Assembly (NCBI GenBank): GCA_964594155.1
Contig: CAZQLH010000001.1
Location: 74,132 to 138,131, forward strand
Source of the DNA: an uncultured Candidatus Saccharibacteria bacterium
GTDB lineage: Bacteria; Patescibacteriota; Minisyncoccia; Portnoybacterales; UBA2143
Reading direction: 5' to 3'
Length of the DNA: 64,000 bases
The notes under the pieces were generated by a model, which had not been told where the DNA came from, did no database searches, and worked only from the letters and a program-made list of their open reading frames with translations. Positions within the stretch are counted from its first letter, which is position 1; each line of letters starts with the position of its first letter. Both the position numbers and the translations under genes were made by a program. Below, one piece after another: positions 38,432-46,393 of the stretch.

Positions 38432-38459
38432 AAAATAAAAAATGGCTTGTTTAAGCCAT
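38432..38459 (-). terminator. Rho-independent terminator downstream of the 38514-38948 gene
   Basis: atggctt-gtt-taagccat hairpin at 38442-38459; on the minus strand it is followed by TTTTTTATTTT. Confidence 0.65.
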
Positions 38460-38513
38460 ACTTTTAATTCTAATCTTTTTTCTCTCCACAGATTATCCCC
38501 AATAATCAAAAAT

Positions 38514-38948
38514 TTAAAATATTATAAATAAAATAGCTATTGTAGAAACAGTTAGTATTGCTGGAATTCCTTGCGCAAAAGAAAGATGTTTCCAAAAATG
38601 AATCTTATGATGAAAATCAGATAAAAATTGTAATTGTTTAACTTTGAAATTTTTATAAATAAACTCTAAGAAATCAGGCAAAAGAGCAGAAACTACCGCA
38701 ATCGCAATAATCAGCTTATTAGGCAAATTCCAAACTAAAAAAAGAACCATAATGGTTCCAATAATAAAATCCAGAAATATTTTTAAAAAATCTTCTAATT
38801 TGTTAATTCTTATTTCTTTTAAATAATCCCAGTGAGGCAAAAAATCAATCAAGTAATGACTAAGAAGTCCAAAACAAAAAGCTGTCCAAGGATTAGACGC
38901 TTTAACGCCAATAGCTGCCCCAACTAACATATGCGGAGTAATAAACAT
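38514..38948 (-). CDS. Small polytopic membrane protein, possibly a DUF457/YdjM-like metal-dependent hydrolase
   Basis: 144 aa. The N-terminus MFITPHMLVGAAIG is followed by His-containing motifs (LSHYLIDFLPHWDY). The family call is tentative. Confidence 0.35.
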   Translation of the reverse strand: MFITPHMLVGAAIGVKASNPWTAFCFGLLSHYLIDFLPHWDYLKEIRINKLEDFLKIFLDFIIGTIMVLFLVWNLPNKLIIAIAVVSALLPDFLEFIYKNFKVKQLQFLSDFHHKIHFWKHLSFAQGIPAILTVSTIAILFIIF

Positions 38949-38949
38949 T

Positions 38950-39525
38950 CTAAAGTCTTAATTTGTTAATTAACTTCTCATGTGGTTTTTCCAAAACATC
39001 TCGGATAAACCTATCAAACATATCATAGCGATATTTGAAATCATTAGTAGATAAAACAACATAATCAATCTCCTTGCCTGTTTCTGCTTCTAAATCTTTA
39101 AAAAAAGAAGAGGTCTTGTTTTTCTTAATGCCATCGCCAACTATTAAAAGATCTACTCTGGCATTATCAGTGTTCATAAAAATACCAGAAAGAATAGCTA
39201 AATTAACTCTGCCCAGTCCCCTTATCCGTTTTACTATTTTCTTTTTTGAAGCAGGACTGGATTTTAAAACTAAAGTTCTTAATTCTTTGTAAAAATCAAA
39301 TTTAGGATCTACAGCATAACCCTTTTTTCCGGACTTTACCCTGGTTTTAAGAAACTTAATGCTTTCCAGTCTATTTATTTGACTGCGACAAGAAGATGAA
39401 TCGCTTTTAGTTTTTTTAGTTATTTCTGATAAAGTAAAAAACTGATCTGGATTTCTTAAAAACATCTTAAGCAATTTTACTTTGACTGGTGAATCAAAAA
39501 GTTTTTCTAAAATTTCTTTAGACAT
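38950..39525 (-). CDS. Hypothetical protein with an N-terminal winged-helix-like segment
   Basis: 191 aa. The N-terminal FTLSEITKKT region is wHTH-like. No confident family motif. Confidence 0.3.
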   Translation of the reverse strand: MSKEILEKLFDSPVKVKLLKMFLRNPDQFFTLSEITKKTKSDSSSCRSQINRLESIKFLKTRVKSGKKGYAVDPKFDFYKELRTLVLKSSPASKKKIVKRIRGLGRVNLAILSGIFMNTDNARVDLLIVGDGIKKNKTSSFFKDLEAETGKEIDYVVLSTNDFKYRYDMFDRFIRDVLEKPHEKLINKLRL

Positions 39526-39533
39526 TGTTTTTA

Positions 39534-40010
39534 TTATTTAAGCTCAACAGATGCTCCTGCTTGTTCCAATTTCTTTTTCATTTCTTCTGCTTCTTCTTTT
39601 TTAATTCCTTGTTTAATTACCTTAGGCGCGCCATCAACTAAGTCCTTGGCTTCTTTAAGGCCTAAATCAGTAATTTCTTTAACTGCTTTAATAACCGCTA
39701 TTTTTTGCTCGCCAGCTGTTTTAAGCTCTACGTCAAAAGCGCTTTTTTCAGCAGCTTTTTCTCCTCCTTCATCTGAGGCTCCAGCTGCTGCTGGAGCAGT
39801 CCCGCTGTACTGCGGAACGCTAACGCCAAACTTCTCTTCTAAAACTTTAACTAATTCTGCTAAATCTAAAACGCTTAGTTCTTCAATTTGTTTAACTAAG
39901 TCCTTAAATTTAGCTGGAACTTTAACTTTTTCTTTTTTTTCTTTTTCTTTCCCGACGTCTTTTGAGTCGGGATCCCGATCTTGCGTCGGGGCTTTTTTTT
40001 CTTCCGCCAT
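39534..40010 (-). CDS. rplL: 50S ribosomal protein L7/L12 with an unusual ~35-aa Lys/Glu-rich N-terminal extension
   Basis: The core [29 protein letters not shown] is followed by an Ala/Gly hinge and the C-terminal domain ...[55 protein letters not shown]. No alternative start codon lies inside the extension. Confidence 0.8.
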   Translation of the reverse strand: MAEEKKAPTQDRDPDSKDVGKEKEKKEKVKVPAKFKDLVKQIEELSVLDLAELVKVLEEKFGVSVPQYSGTAPAAAGASDEGGEKAAEKSAFDVELKTAGEQKIAVIKAVKEITDLGLKEAKDLVDGAPKVIKQGIKKEEAEEMKKKLEQAGASVELK

Positions 40011-40072
40011 AAAATTTTTCTTTATAACTTATTACTTGTAGCTTATATTATTTTAACTTAAATTACAAGTTA

Positions 40073-40597
40073 TTAGTTATAAGATTTTAATATAAAAATT
40101 AGTTTTCTTAAATTGCCTTGCAAGGCATTATTCAAATTATACATCGGCGCTGAAACGCTATTAATTAATTTAGCTAATAATTCTTTCTTAGTTGGCAGCT
40201 TAGCTAAGCTTATCACTGATTCGTTTTCTAAATATTCTTGCTGAATCAAACCAGTCATAATTTTTAAATCTTCATTTTTTTTGGAAAAATCATATAAAAT
40301 CTTAGCTGGTAACACTTCATCATCGTATCCAAAAACTAAAGCTATTTGGCCTGGCAAATCCCTAATCTTAAGATTCTTAAAAGCAGCTTCTTTTGAAGCA
40401 GCTTTTTCTAAAGCTAAATCAATTAAGCTTTTTTTAACTACTACGCAATCAATATTTTCTTCTCTTAATTTCTCGCGCAATTCCTGAAATTGATTAACTT
40501 TTAATCCAGTGTAATCAAAGAAAATAACTGACTTCTGGCGAGACAGCTTATCAATTAAATCATTAACTATTTCTTTTTTCTTTTCTTTGGTGATCAT
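40073..40597 (-). CDS. rplJ: 50S ribosomal protein L10
   Basis: 174 aa. MITKEKKKEIVNDLIDKLSRQKSVIFFDYTGLKVNQFQELREKL is the typical L10 N-terminus. It lies upstream of rplL. Confidence 0.85.
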   Translation of the reverse strand: MITKEKKKEIVNDLIDKLSRQKSVIFFDYTGLKVNQFQELREKLREENIDCVVVKKSLIDLALEKAASKEAAFKNLKIRDLPGQIALVFGYDDEVLPAKILYDFSKKNEDLKIMTGLIQQEYLENESVISLAKLPTKKELLAKLINSVSAPMYNLNNALQGNLRKLIFILKSYN

Positions 40598-40746
40598 GGT
40601 TCGATAAACTCACCATAAATTAAAAAATCTATGGATTAACCATAGACAAAAAATACTCTGCCTTAATAGGATTTATCTGTATCAACACCTATTGTCTACG
40701 GCTATGTATACTTACATCTTATTTTATCTTAAAAAGATTGTCAACC

Positions 40747-41718
40747 TTAATTCAAATACTTAGCCTTATTTTCCTTATGCTCTTCAAAAGTTTTGCTGAA
40801 AACTGTTTCTCCGTCAGGTTTTGATAAAAAGAAATTGTAATCGCTTTTTTTAGGGTAAATAGCCGCCTTAATTGCTTCCAACCCAGGATTAGAAATCGGA
40901 CCAGGCGGCAAGCCAATATTCTTATATGTATTATACGGCGAATCAATTTCAGTATCTTCAGTAGAATAAATCCATTTATCTATCTCTAAAATATAGGCAA
41001 TAGTAGCGCAGGACTGTAAAGGATAATCAATGGCTATTCTTTTCCAAAAAATACCAGCTGCTATTTGACGATCTTCATAAAGCGGAACTTCTTTTTCCAA
41101 TAAACTGGCCATGATAATTATTTGTTCAATTGTTTTTCCTTGCTTGGCTATTTCCTGTTTTAATTCTTGGTCCAGTTTTGTATTAAAATTTTCTTTCATA
41201 ATCTCAATAATTTCCTCTAAACTTATATTCTTGCTGAATTCATAAGTATCAGGAAATAAATAACCTTCTAATTCTGATTGCTGGGCTAATTCGCCTAATT
41301 CAATCAGCCCTGCTTTGGCTAATCTGGCGTCAATCTGTTTTAAGGTAAAACCCTCTGGAATAGTTATTAATACTTCTGAAGAAATAATTTCTCCTTTGAC
41401 TATTTTCCGAGATATTTGAAAAACACTCCAAGCAGGATTTAAAGAATACTCGCCAGCTTGCAATTGAGCTGCCCAGCCCTTATAGAAAATATAGGCCATG
41501 AACCAAGTCTTGTTTTTAATTAATTCTGCTTCTTCTAAATTAGCAGTAATTTCTTTTAATCCTTGGCCTTGTTTAATAATAAATATTTGTTCAGTTCCTT
41601 TAACAGCTAAAGGAGTTGTAATTTGATAATATATAAAAAAACCAATACTCAAACAAAAAATAACTAAAATAATAATTAGGCAAAATAAAATAAATCTTTT
41701 TTTATTAACTATTTTCAT
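40747..41718 (-). CDS. mltG: Endolytic murein transglycosylase MltG (YceG-like)
   Basis: N-terminal TM followed by a YceG domain with conserved GLPPGPISNPG and YNTYxxxGLPP motifs. Confidence 0.8.
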   Translation of the reverse strand: MKIVNKKRFILFCLIIILVIFCLSIGFFIYYQITTPLAVKGTEQIFIIKQGQGLKEITANLEEAELIKNKTWFMAYIFYKGWAAQLQAGEYSLNPAWSVFQISRKIVKGEIISSEVLITIPEGFTLKQIDARLAKAGLIELGELAQQSELEGYLFPDTYEFSKNISLEEIIEIMKENFNTKLDQELKQEIAKQGKTIEQIIIMASLLEKEVPLYEDRQIAAGIFWKRIAIDYPLQSCATIAYILEIDKWIYSTEDTEIDSPYNTYKNIGLPPGPISNPGLEAIKAAIYPKKSDYNFFLSKPDGETVFSKTFEEHKENKAKYLN

Positions 41719-42347
41719 AGTTTATCGCTAATTAACGGCACAAAAACAAATCCTGGATACTCTTTTTCTTCAAATTGATTTTCTTTCTTCTTTATTAACA
41801 GCCAAATACTGTTTTCAACTGGCGTTACTAACCGTCCATTAACCTTTAATTGTTTTTTCCAAGCTTGTGGTATTTCTCTGGCTGAAGCTGCTGCGATAAT
41901 TTTATCAAAAGGAGCTTGTTCTTCTAATCCTTTTGAGCCGTCTCCGCAAATAAATTCAACATTCTTAAAATTATACTTAGAAACATTATCCTGGCCAAAA
42001 TCCCTTAATTCTGGAATTATTTCGATAGCGTGAACAAATCCTTGGGGACCAACTATTTGACACAACATTGCTGTTTGCCAGCCAGAACCAGAACCAATAT
42101 CTAAAATTTTATCTCCTTGTTTTGGCTGAAGCAGTTCCAGTATAAAAGCCACTGTTAATGGCTGTGAAATGGTCTGGCCATAACCAATAGACAAAGGAGC
42201 GTTAAATTCATTAACAAATTCTTTTCCTTTTTCCCTTGTTATCTCCTTAGGAACAAAATCAGCCCGTTTGATTTTCTTAAAGGCATTAATAATCAACGGG
42301 CTTTTTAAATACTTCTGTTCAATTAATTCATCAATTAGTTTATTCAT
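41715..42347 (-). CDS. pcm: Protein-L-isoaspartate O-methyltransferase
   Basis: 210 aa. The SAM-binding motif ILDIGSGSGWQTAML and the PCMT-like N-terminus (FVPKE...GQTISQP) are present. Confidence 0.8.
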   Translation of the reverse strand: MNKLIDELIEQKYLKSPLIINAFKKIKRADFVPKEITREKGKEFVNEFNAPLSIGYGQTISQPLTVAFILELLQPKQGDKILDIGSGSGWQTAMLCQIVGPQGFVHAIEIIPELRDFGQDNVSKYNFKNVEFICGDGSKGLEEQAPFDKIIAAASAREIPQAWKKQLKVNGRLVTPVENSIWLLIKKKENQFEEKEYPGFVFVPLISDKL

Positions 42348-42352
42348 TTTAA

Positions 42353-43072
42353 TTACTTTCCTTTTCTTCTTTCTCTTTTTTGGTATTCCTTAATTGCTTT
42401 AATAAACTCACTACGTCCAAAATCAGGATACATTGTATTAGTGAAATACAATTGACTGTTAGCTGTATGCCACATCATAAAGCCAACGCTGTTATGAGGA
42501 TCGCTCTTACTGCCAGTCCTGATTACTAAATCAACTGGCGGCAAATCATGAGTCCAAAGATGATTTTCTAATACTTTTTTAGTTATTCTTAAATTCTTAT
42601 TCTTTCTCGCCTCTTTAACAATGCTTCTAACAGCCGCAATCATTTCATCAGTTCCATTATATCCAATAAAAAAATTAAGCTTGCGATGATTATGATTCTT
42701 AGTTTTTTCAATTATTTCTTTTGCTGTTTTAATTCCTGTTTTAGGCAAAAGCTCTTGCCAGCGGCCAATCACATTGACTTTAATTTGATTATCATAAATT
42801 TTTTTGTTATTAATCAATTTGCGAATATATTGTTCATATATTTTAAAAAGCGCTTTGATTTCTATTAGAGAACGCTTGGTTAGATTATTCCAGGAACCGC
42901 CCCACAAGGAAAGACACTCAATATTTAAATCAAGCGCTGTTTGGAGTATTTCTTTTGTTTTTTCTGCCCCGGCTATATGTCCTTGCCAAGGTAATAAATT
43001 TCTTTTTTTTGCCCAGCGCCGATTAGCGTCTGGAATAATAGCTATATGCTTCGGGAAATTTTCTTTATTCAT
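42353..43072 (-). CDS. uppS: Undecaprenyl diphosphate synthase (cis-isoprenyl transferase)
   Basis: HIAIIPDANRRWAKK matches the E. coli UppS HVAIIMDGNGRWAKK, and the C-terminal RTGSKS...SDFxxW region matches R-x-G-E-x-R-x-S. Confidence 0.85.
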   Translation of the reverse strand: MNKENFPKHIAIIPDANRRWAKKRNLLPWQGHIAGAEKTKEILQTALDLNIECLSLWGGSWNNLTKRSLIEIKALFKIYEQYIRKLINNKKIYDNQIKVNVIGRWQELLPKTGIKTAKEIIEKTKNHNHRKLNFFIGYNGTDEMIAAVRSIVKEARKNKNLRITKKVLENHLWTHDLPPVDLVIRTGSKSDPHNSVGFMMWHTANSQLYFTNTMYPDFGRSEFIKAIKEYQKRERRKGK

Positions 43073-43134
43073 TATTTTAATAATTAATTTTATATAATCT
43101 TATCACAAACAATTACGACAAGCAACCTTGTCTC

Positions 43135-43163
43135 TTGACTTCTTGATCGCAACAATTTATAAT
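43135..43163 (+). promoter_or_regulatory. Sigma70-type promoter of the RRM-protein gene
   Basis: TTGACT (43135-43140), a 17-nt spacer, then TATAAT (43158-43163). The implied 5' UTR is about 125 nt. Confidence 0.6.
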
Positions 43164-43292
43164 CTAAATAATAAACGTAAGTAAGTTTTCTCTTTCCTTA
43201 TGCAAACTTTATCCTGATGAATATCGGGAAGCGTAGGTCAAGCAGAAACTCTAAAAAAGTCGGCTTACGCTAAAAATTATATAAGGAAAAAT

Positions 43293-43586
43293 ATGGCTAA
43301 AAAACTATATGTTGGCGGTTTGTCTTATGACACATCTGAAGATTCTTTAAAAGAAGCTTTTGCTAAAGCTGGAACAGTTGAATCAGCAATTATCATTACT
43401 GATAAAATGTCTGGTCGTTCAAAAGGATTTGGCTTTGTTGAAATGTCTTCTGAAGAAGAAGCTCAAAAAGCTATAGAAATGTGGAATGGGAAAGAGCTTG
43501 ACGGCAGAAATCTTACTGTTAACGAAGCTCGTCCTATGGAAGAGCGCCCGCGAAGAGATTTTAATCGCGGCGGAGACAGAAGCTAA
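43293..43586 (+). CDS. RNA-binding protein with a single RRM domain (glycine-rich RBP type)
   Basis: RNP-2 motif LYVGGL and RNP-1 motif KGFGFVEM, with a C-terminal RGG-like tail (RRDFNRGGDRS). Confidence 0.8.
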   Translation: MAKKLYVGGLSYDTSEDSLKEAFAKAGTVESAIIITDKMSGRSKGFGFVEMSSEEEAQKAIEMWNGKELDGRNLTVNEARPMEERPRRDFNRGGDRS

Positions 43587-43609
43587 CCGCATAAACACAG
43601 AAATAAAAA

Positions 43610-43636
43610 CACTCTGCAGTACTGCAGAGTGTTTTT
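43610..43636. terminator. Bidirectional rho-independent terminator between the RRM gene and tRNA-Trp
   Basis: Perfect hairpin cactctgcag-ta-ctgcagagtg flanked by AAAAA upstream and TTTTT downstream, so it can serve both strands. Confidence 0.75.
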
Positions 43637-43652
43637 AGTTGTTTAATTTAAT

Positions 43653-43727
43653 TGGCAGGCGCGGAGGGACTCGAACCCCCAGGATCGGCTTTGGAGGCCG
43701 ACCGTTTACCAATTAACGGACGCGCCC
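43653..43727 (-). tRNA. tRNA-Trp (anticodon CCA), 3' CCA encoded
   Basis: The reverse complement GGGCGCGTCCGTTAATTGGTAAACGGTCGGCCTCCAAAGCCGATCCTGGGGGTTCGAGTCCCTCCGCGCCTGCCA has anticodon loop CTCCAAA and is similar to E. coli tRNA-Trp. Confidence 0.85.
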
Positions 43728-43734
43728 ATATATT

Positions 43735-43893
43735 TTACTTTTTCATCTCCTTATGTAATGTATGCTTTCTACACCACTTGCAAAACTTCTTCAGTTCTAA
43801 TTTATCCTGAATTGTTTTCTTGTTTTTGCGAGAATAATAATTTATTCTTTTGCACTCGCTGCATTGAAATTTAATTAAATTATCTTGTGACAT
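43735..43893 (-). CDS. rpmG: 50S ribosomal protein L33 (absent from the supplied ORF track)
   Basis: Hand translation gives MSQDNLIKFQCSECKRINYYSRKNKKTIQDKLELKKFCKWCRKHTLHKEMKK (52 aa). It carries the L33 pattern C-x2-C...NY...KN...LEL.K(F/Y)C.xCRKHTLHKE. Confidence 0.75.
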   Translation of the reverse strand: MSQDNLIKFQCSECKRINYYSRKNKKTIQDKLELKKFCKWCRKHTLHKEMKK

Positions 43894-43903
43894 AGTTTTT
43901 CAG

Positions 43904-43976
43904 AGCCGATGCTCGGATTCGAACCGAGGACCTACTCCTTACCATGGAGGCGCTCTACCAACTGAGCTACATCGGC
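43904..43976 (-). tRNA. tRNA-Thr (anticodon GGT)
   Basis: The reverse complement GCCGATGTAGCTCAGTTGGTAGAGCGCCTCCATGGTAAGGAGTAGGTCCTCGGTTCGAATCCGAGCATCGGCT aligns with E. coli tRNA-Thr(GGU). The anticodon loop is ATGGTAA. Confidence 0.8.
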
Positions 43977-43989
43977 TTTTTTTATTATG

Positions 43990-44071
43990 TGGGCGGTGCA
44001 GGACTCGAACCTGCGAAGTCCGAAGACGCGAGATTTACAGTCTCGAGCAATTGCCGCTATGCGAACCGCCC
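43990..44071 (-). tRNA. tRNA-Tyr (anticodon GTA), type II with long variable arm
   Basis: The reverse complement GGGCGGTTCGCATAGCGGCAATTGCTCGAGACTGTAAATCTCGCGTCTTCGGACTTCGCAGGTTCGAGTCCTGCACCGCCCA has anticodon loop CTGTAAA and a long extra arm. Confidence 0.8.
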
Positions 44072-44072
44072 A

Positions 44073-44147
44073 TGGAGCCAGCGAAGGGAATCGAACCCCC
44101 AACCTACTGTTTACAAAACAGTTGCTCTGCCATTGAGCTACGCTGGC
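44073..44147 (-). tRNA. tRNA-Thr (anticodon TGT), 3' CCA encoded
   Basis: The reverse complement GCCAGCGTAGCTCAATGGCAGAGCAACTGTTTTGTAAACAGTAGGTTGGGGGTTCGATTCCCTTCGCTGGCTCCA has anticodon loop TTTGTAA. Confidence 0.85.
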
Positions 44148-44150
44148 AAT

Positions 44151-44822
44151 CTATTTATTAATATCCATTTTTTTAAGTTCTTGTAAAATCTCTTTAACTT
44201 TTTTATCCTTGGAGCCGAGCTTAACAGCCATTTCTAATGATGCCTTGGCATCATGATAATTATGCTGTTTCCAGTATAGAATTCCTAAAAATTTATAAGC
44301 AGTAATATTATCAGGGTTTTCAATAATTAAATCAATCCATCTTTGTTCTTCCTTGATTGGTTTTTTAAGCTCTTCAATAGGAAGATCATCTTCGTCCAAT
44401 TCTGGCAAATGATCTGCTGTTTCTTCTTTGTTGATTTTAATAGAAACTTCTTCTTCTGCCTTAACAGAAGCATCTTTTTTGACTTCTCGGCGCTTAGCTT
44501 CTTTTTGCCTAATCCATTCCTTTGATTTCTGGGTCATTATTTGAGATCTGTTTCTTAACCAGCTAATCCATTTGGTAAGCAAGTTCTCTATCTTCAAAAA
44601 TATTATCTTTATCTTTCTTAGAAATTTCTCTAAGAAGATTATAAGGTTGAGCCAGTGCTGCTTGTAATTTACTTCTTTAATTCTATGAATAACTCCTTTT
44701 TTTCTGCTTAGAATAGTTATTTCTTCTTCAGATAAATTAGCTAAAGCAGGAATCTTTTGATAAACAATGATTCCCAGCCAAATAAAGCTGAAAAAGATAA
44801 ATAAGTAAAGAATGATACTCAT
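44151..44822 (-). CDS. Hypothetical membrane-anchored protein with a C-terminal TPR-like repeat
   Basis: 223 aa. An N-terminal TM, a charged coiled region and a C-terminal AYKFLGILYWKQHNYHDAKASLEMAVKL TPR-like motif. The stop overlaps tsf. Confidence 0.4.
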   Translation of the reverse strand: MSIILYLFIFFSFIWLGIIVYQKIPALANLSEEEITILSRKKGVIHRIKEVNYKQHWLNLIIFLEKFLRKIKIIFLKIENLLTKWISWLRNRSQIMTQKSKEWIRQKEAKRREVKKDASVKAEEEVSIKINKEETADHLPELDEDDLPIEELKKPIKEEQRWIDLIIENPDNITAYKFLGILYWKQHNYHDAKASLEMAVKLGSKDKKVKEILQELKKMDINK

Positions 44823-45268
44823 ATTTCTAATCTTACAAACTTGCCTATTTTAATATTCTCCCCTAATTTTCCAACCGCTTCAGCAATTAAGTCCTGAATG
44901 GTCTTTTGTTCATCTTTAATAAATGGCTGTGATAAAAGCTCTTTTGTGTCATTAGGATTCATAGCGGTAATATGCATTGCTATATCGCGAGTCAATTGCT
45001 TAAATTCCTCGTTCCGAGCCACAAAATCTGTCTCACAGTTTAATTCTAAAATAACGCCTATTTTATTATTACTATGAATATAGGCATCAATTAAACCTTG
45101 TTTAACTTCTCTGTCTGATTTCTTAATTGCTTTTTCCGCTCCTTTTTTCTCTAAGATTTTTAAAGCTTCTTTTTCATTGCCTTTGGTCTTTTCCAAGGCT
45201 TTTTTACATTCCATGATTGAAAGGTTTGTTTTTTTACGAAGCTGTTTAACTTGATCAATTGAAATCAT
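44819..45268 (-). CDS. tsf: Elongation factor Ts, minimal form (149 aa)
   Basis: The N-terminal UBA-like IDQVKQLRKKTNLSIMECKKALEKTKGNEKEALKIL is followed by the core motif LNCETDFVARNEEF. It is downstream of rpsB. It is far shorter than the ~280-aa bacterial EF-Ts. Confidence 0.8.
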   Translation of the reverse strand: MISIDQVKQLRKKTNLSIMECKKALEKTKGNEKEALKILEKKGAEKAIKKSDREVKQGLIDAYIHSNNKIGVILELNCETDFVARNEEFKQLTRDIAMHITAMNPNDTKELLSQPFIKDEQKTIQDLIAEAVGKLGENIKIGKFVRLEI

Positions 45269-45269
45269 A

Positions 45270-46022
45270 TTACTTTAATACTTTAGCTACTGCGCCTAAA
45301 ATCATTCTTAAAGACGAAATAGCGTCATCATTAGATGGAATTGGATAATCAATAATGCTTGGATCTGCATTAGTGTCGCATAAGCCAACTATAGGAATAT
45401 TTTTCATATTAGCTTCTTTAACAGCTAGTTTTTCTTTGTAGGTATCCACCACAAACAAAACATCAGGCAATTTAATTATTTCCTTAATGCCGCTAAACTG
45501 CCGGCTTAATTTCTGTAATTCAATACCAAATTCATGTTGTTCTTTTTTGGTATATTTTTTTAATTCGCCTGTATTCTTTTTTTTCTCTAAATCCCTGAAA
45601 TGCTCTAAGCGTTTGGAAATAACGCCAAAATTAGTTAAAGTTCCGCCTATCCATTTCTCTGTAACATAAGGCATTTTAACTTCTTGAGCAGTTTTCTGAG
45701 TAATCTCTTTAACAGCTATTTTTGTGCCAACAAAAAGAATAATTTCTTTTTTTAATTTAATCTTTTGAAGAAATTCCAATGCTTGTTTTAATTTTTCCTG
45801 TGTTTTTTTCAAATCAATAACATGAACATTGTTTCGAACAGTAAAAATATATTGATCCATTTTTGGGTTTTTTCGGGACGTCCGATGCCCAAAATGCACT
45901 CCAGCTTTTAGCATTTCTTCCAAATCAGGAATCTCCTTGTCTATTTTAACAGATTTTTTAACAACAGCTGCAGCTGTTTTTGTTTTTTTGATTGTTTTTT
46001 TTGTTTTTTTCTCTTTAATCAT
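45270..46022 (-). CDS. rpsB: 30S ribosomal protein S2
   Basis: 250 aa. MLKAGVHFGHRTSRKNPKMDQYIF is the S2 signature. A Lys-rich N-terminal extension is present. Confidence 0.9.
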   Translation of the reverse strand: MIKEKKTKKTIKKTKTAAAVVKKSVKIDKEIPDLEEMLKAGVHFGHRTSRKNPKMDQYIFTVRNNVHVIDLKKTQEKLKQALEFLQKIKLKKEIILFVGTKIAVKEITQKTAQEVKMPYVTEKWIGGTLTNFGVISKRLEHFRDLEKKKNTGELKKYTKKEQHEFGIELQKLSRQFSGIKEIIKLPDVLFVVDTYKEKLAVKEANMKNIPIVGLCDTNADPSIIDYPIPSNDDAISSLRMILGAVAKVLK

Positions 46023-46117
46023 AAACTACTAAAAAACGCGTCTTAAAACGACACTATTAATTTATCTATTTACTTACATACAAAAATTATATCATATTAG
46101 AAAATAAAAGCAATATC

Positions 46118-46146
46118 TTGATAATTTCTTAATAATCTATTATACT
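46118..46146 (+). promoter_or_regulatory. Sigma70-type promoter for rpmE-prfA-trpS
   Basis: TTGATA (46118-46123), a 17-nt spacer, then TATACT (46141-46146), 8 nt before the rpmE ATG region. Confidence 0.55.
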
Positions 46147-46153
46147 GAAACTA

Positions 46154-46393
46154 ATGAAAAAAGATATACATCCAAAATATTATCCTAAAGCTAAAATCAA
46201 GTGCGCTTGCGGCGCTGTTTTTGAAATTGGCTCAACCCAACCTGAAATAGATGTAGAAATTTGTTCTCAATGCCATCCTTTTTACACAGGCAAGGAAAGA
46301 ATTATTGAAACTGGCCAAGTAGAAAGGTTTAGACAGCGATTAGCTAAAAAACCCGCCTTTGCTAAAGCTTCGGCGAGGCGAAGAAAGAAATGA
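46154..46393 (+). CDS. rpmE: 50S ribosomal protein L31
   Basis: 79 aa reading [28 protein letters not shown]...[10 protein letters not shown], the L31 Zn-ribbon signature. Confidence 0.9.
   Translation: MKKDIHPKYYPKAKIKCACGAVFEIGSTQPEIDVEICSQCHPFYTGKERIIETGQVERFRQRLAKKPAFAKASARRRKK

Larger units (their letters stand above)
43944..44186 (+). other. Spurious ORF spanning the tRNA array
   Basis: The 80-aa plus-strand ORF is antisense to tRNA-Thr, tRNA-Tyr and tRNA-Thr and is an artefact of tRNA sequence. Confidence 0.05.

Noticed and set aside
40598-40746. Possible L10(L12)4 autoregulatory leader upstream of rplJ (hairpin ctatgg-attaa-ccatag at 40631-40647)
   Set aside because: It is plausible by position, but the conserved kink-turn/GTPase-center mimic cannot be confirmed by eye. 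It is not reported as a feature.
43610-43631. Restriction-site-like palindromes (CTGCAG x2 and AGTACT in the 43.6 kb terminator; GGATCC and GACGTC in rplL; ACGCGT at 54.58 kb and 46.04 kb)
   Set aside because: These are by-products of GC-rich hairpins. No restriction-modification genes are present in the window. They are treated as coincidence, not evidence of R-M targeting.
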